Shown here: piece after piece, positions 62,463 through 64,000 of the stretch
How the letters are laid out: every line of letters starts with the position of its first letter
Position numbering within the stretch: position 1 is the stretch's first letter
Source: Neovahlkampfia damariscottae
Lineage: Eukaryota
Reading direction: 5' to 3'
Length of the DNA: 64,000 nt
NCBI GenBank assembly: GCA_016618085.1
Contig: JABLTG010000024.1
Coordinates: 62,001-126,000, forward strand
The notes under the pieces: model-generated
Seen by the model: only the letters and a program-made list of their open reading frames with translations
Database searches by the model: none
Told to the model about the DNA's origin: nothing
Translations under genes and position numbers: made by a program

Positions 62463-62762
62463 ATGGTCAAAACATTTGCTTACGTTCAAAACGAAGTCTC
62501 TCAAGGTGTCAACAGTGTTCGGGTTTTCATCAACAAAAACTCCTATACTCTTACAGAAGGTATTGGTTATTTTAGATTGATCAGCTTTACTTTAAATACA
62601 CTTCAAGGATCAGTTGTTCACACTGAAAAAACCCCAGGAAAAGTTTCTCAACACAAAAATGTTCAAACTCATTATACTGAATACATGCATTTAGTTGATA
62701 TTCCTGCTGACGAAAAGACAGTAGTTGATTCAATCCTTCAAGCTGGTTTTAAAAAAGTTTAA
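62463..62762 (+). CDS. Hypothetical protein (99 aa)
   Basis: ATG after multiple CCAAT/ATTGG boxes; codon usage like the well-expressed genes in the window. Confidence 0.55.
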   Translation: MVKTFAYVQNEVSQGVNSVRVFINKNSYTLTEGIGYFRLISFTLNTLQGSVVHTEKTPGKVSQHKNVQTHYTEYMHLVDIPADEKTVVDSILQAGFKKV

Positions 62763-63047
62763 ATAAAAATTAAATTAATATTGGCACTCAAATCATATGT
62801 TACTGATCATTGTCCAAGAACGTTCTCAAGAATTGGATACTTTTCAGATCCATAAAAGGAAATTTTTCTTTCTTGTTTTAAATGTTGAATGTTGAAATCA
62901 AATTTGAATTTTCTCTCAGAAAATATAGAAAAAATAAAAGAACGAATCATTTTTTACAGCGGAAATGGAAATAAATGATTGGCCAAAAAACATAAGCGAA
63001 ATCCATATCATTGGTCTGTTTTCTTCCAACGGGTCATCTCTTCAATC

Positions 63048-64000
63048 ATGTCGATAATCCAAAGAATCAACCAAGAAAATGAAAGTGTTTGGATACAAAT
63101 GGGTAATACCAAATAATTTCCATTAAAAAAAAAAGGAAAACTTTGTGAACAGATGAACGACGTTGATAAAGCTTTGTATGCTTATGAACATGTTTTGAAA
63201 TATAATCATTTCAACATTCAAGCTTTAAGTCAAATAGCTTCTATCCATAGATCTAAAGACCAATTTCAAAAAGCAGTTGAATTTTATCAAAAAGCTTTAG
63301 CAGTTGAAAGTTCAAATTATGAAGTGTGGTGTGCTTTAGGTTTGAAAAACTTTTTTTTTAATTAATTTTTTTAAAGGTCATTGTTTTCTTATGATGGATG
63401 ATTTGAATAAAGCTTATACAGCATATCATCAAGCTTTACATAGTGCAAAAATGAATAATAACATGAAGGTAATTTTTTTTTTTTTTTTTGATTTTTTTTT
63501 AAATAGCAAGACCCACATCTTTGGTATGGTATTGGTATTTTATATGAAAGATATGGTTCATTGGAAAATGCTGAAGAAGCATTTACTTCTGTGCTCAAAA
63601 AAGATCCAAGGTAAGAATTATCACTTAAAAATTAACTTTTTTTGAAGTTTTGAAAAAGGAAATGAAATATACTTTAGACTTGGAATTGTTTATAAACAGC
63701 AACAAAAATATGATAAAAGTTTAGAAGTAACAAAAAACAAAGTTAAAATTTATTTTTTTTTAAAGTGCTTTAAATACATATTACAAAATCCTCCGAAACC
63801 TTTAAGTAAAGGAGATATTTGGTTTCAAATTGGTCATGTACATGAATTGAAAAAAGACGTAAAAAAAAAAAAATTTAAATTCACATTCAAAAAGTATAAT
63901 GAAGCTAAAAATTCTTATGAAAATGTTTTACAATTTAACCCAAATCATGGTAAAGTACTTCAACAATTAGGTTGGTTATATCATCAAAATTCACAATTTC
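63048..64000 (+). CDS. CYC8: TPR corepressor Cyc8/Ssn6-like, 3'-truncated by the window end
   Basis: NESVWIQMG, VWCALGHCFLMMDDLNKAYTAYHQAL, DPHLWYGIGILYERYGSLENAEEAF, NEIYFRLGIVYKQ, DIWFQIGHVHE, VLQQLGWLYHQ; six tiny introns. Confidence 0.92.

Overview
This is AT-rich, very gene-dense eukaryotic (protist) nuclear DNA using the standard genetic code, with many tiny (~30-41 nt) GT-AG introns and CCAAT boxes before most start codons. The abundance of RGS, DUF4116 and BTB genes resembles Heterolobosea (Naegleria relatives); this is inference. Housekeeping genes include Rieske ISP, DUS4, Xaa-Pro peptidase, neutral ceramidase, WRAP53, DLD, HPT/XPT, RPC4, SEN15, an SCP phosphatase and Cyc8/Ssn6. There are three intron-containing tRNA-Asp(GTC) genes. 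Accessory DNA comprises (1) a ~3.1 kb TIR-bounded DDE_Tnp_4 (Harbinger/ISL2EU-like) transposon with a broken transposase and passenger ORFs, and (2) a ~2.7 kb decayed Polinton-like virus/virophage remnant with a packaging ATPase, an adenain-like protease, two GIY-YIG nucleases and its own TATA-AAATG start motif. The window also carries unusual RGS fusions (RGS-RGS-pseudokinase-RGS x3, DOMON-7TM-RGS, degenerate thioredoxin-fold-RGS x2) and several bacterial- or virus-like genes. All calls come from motif recognition by eye; no database searches were run.
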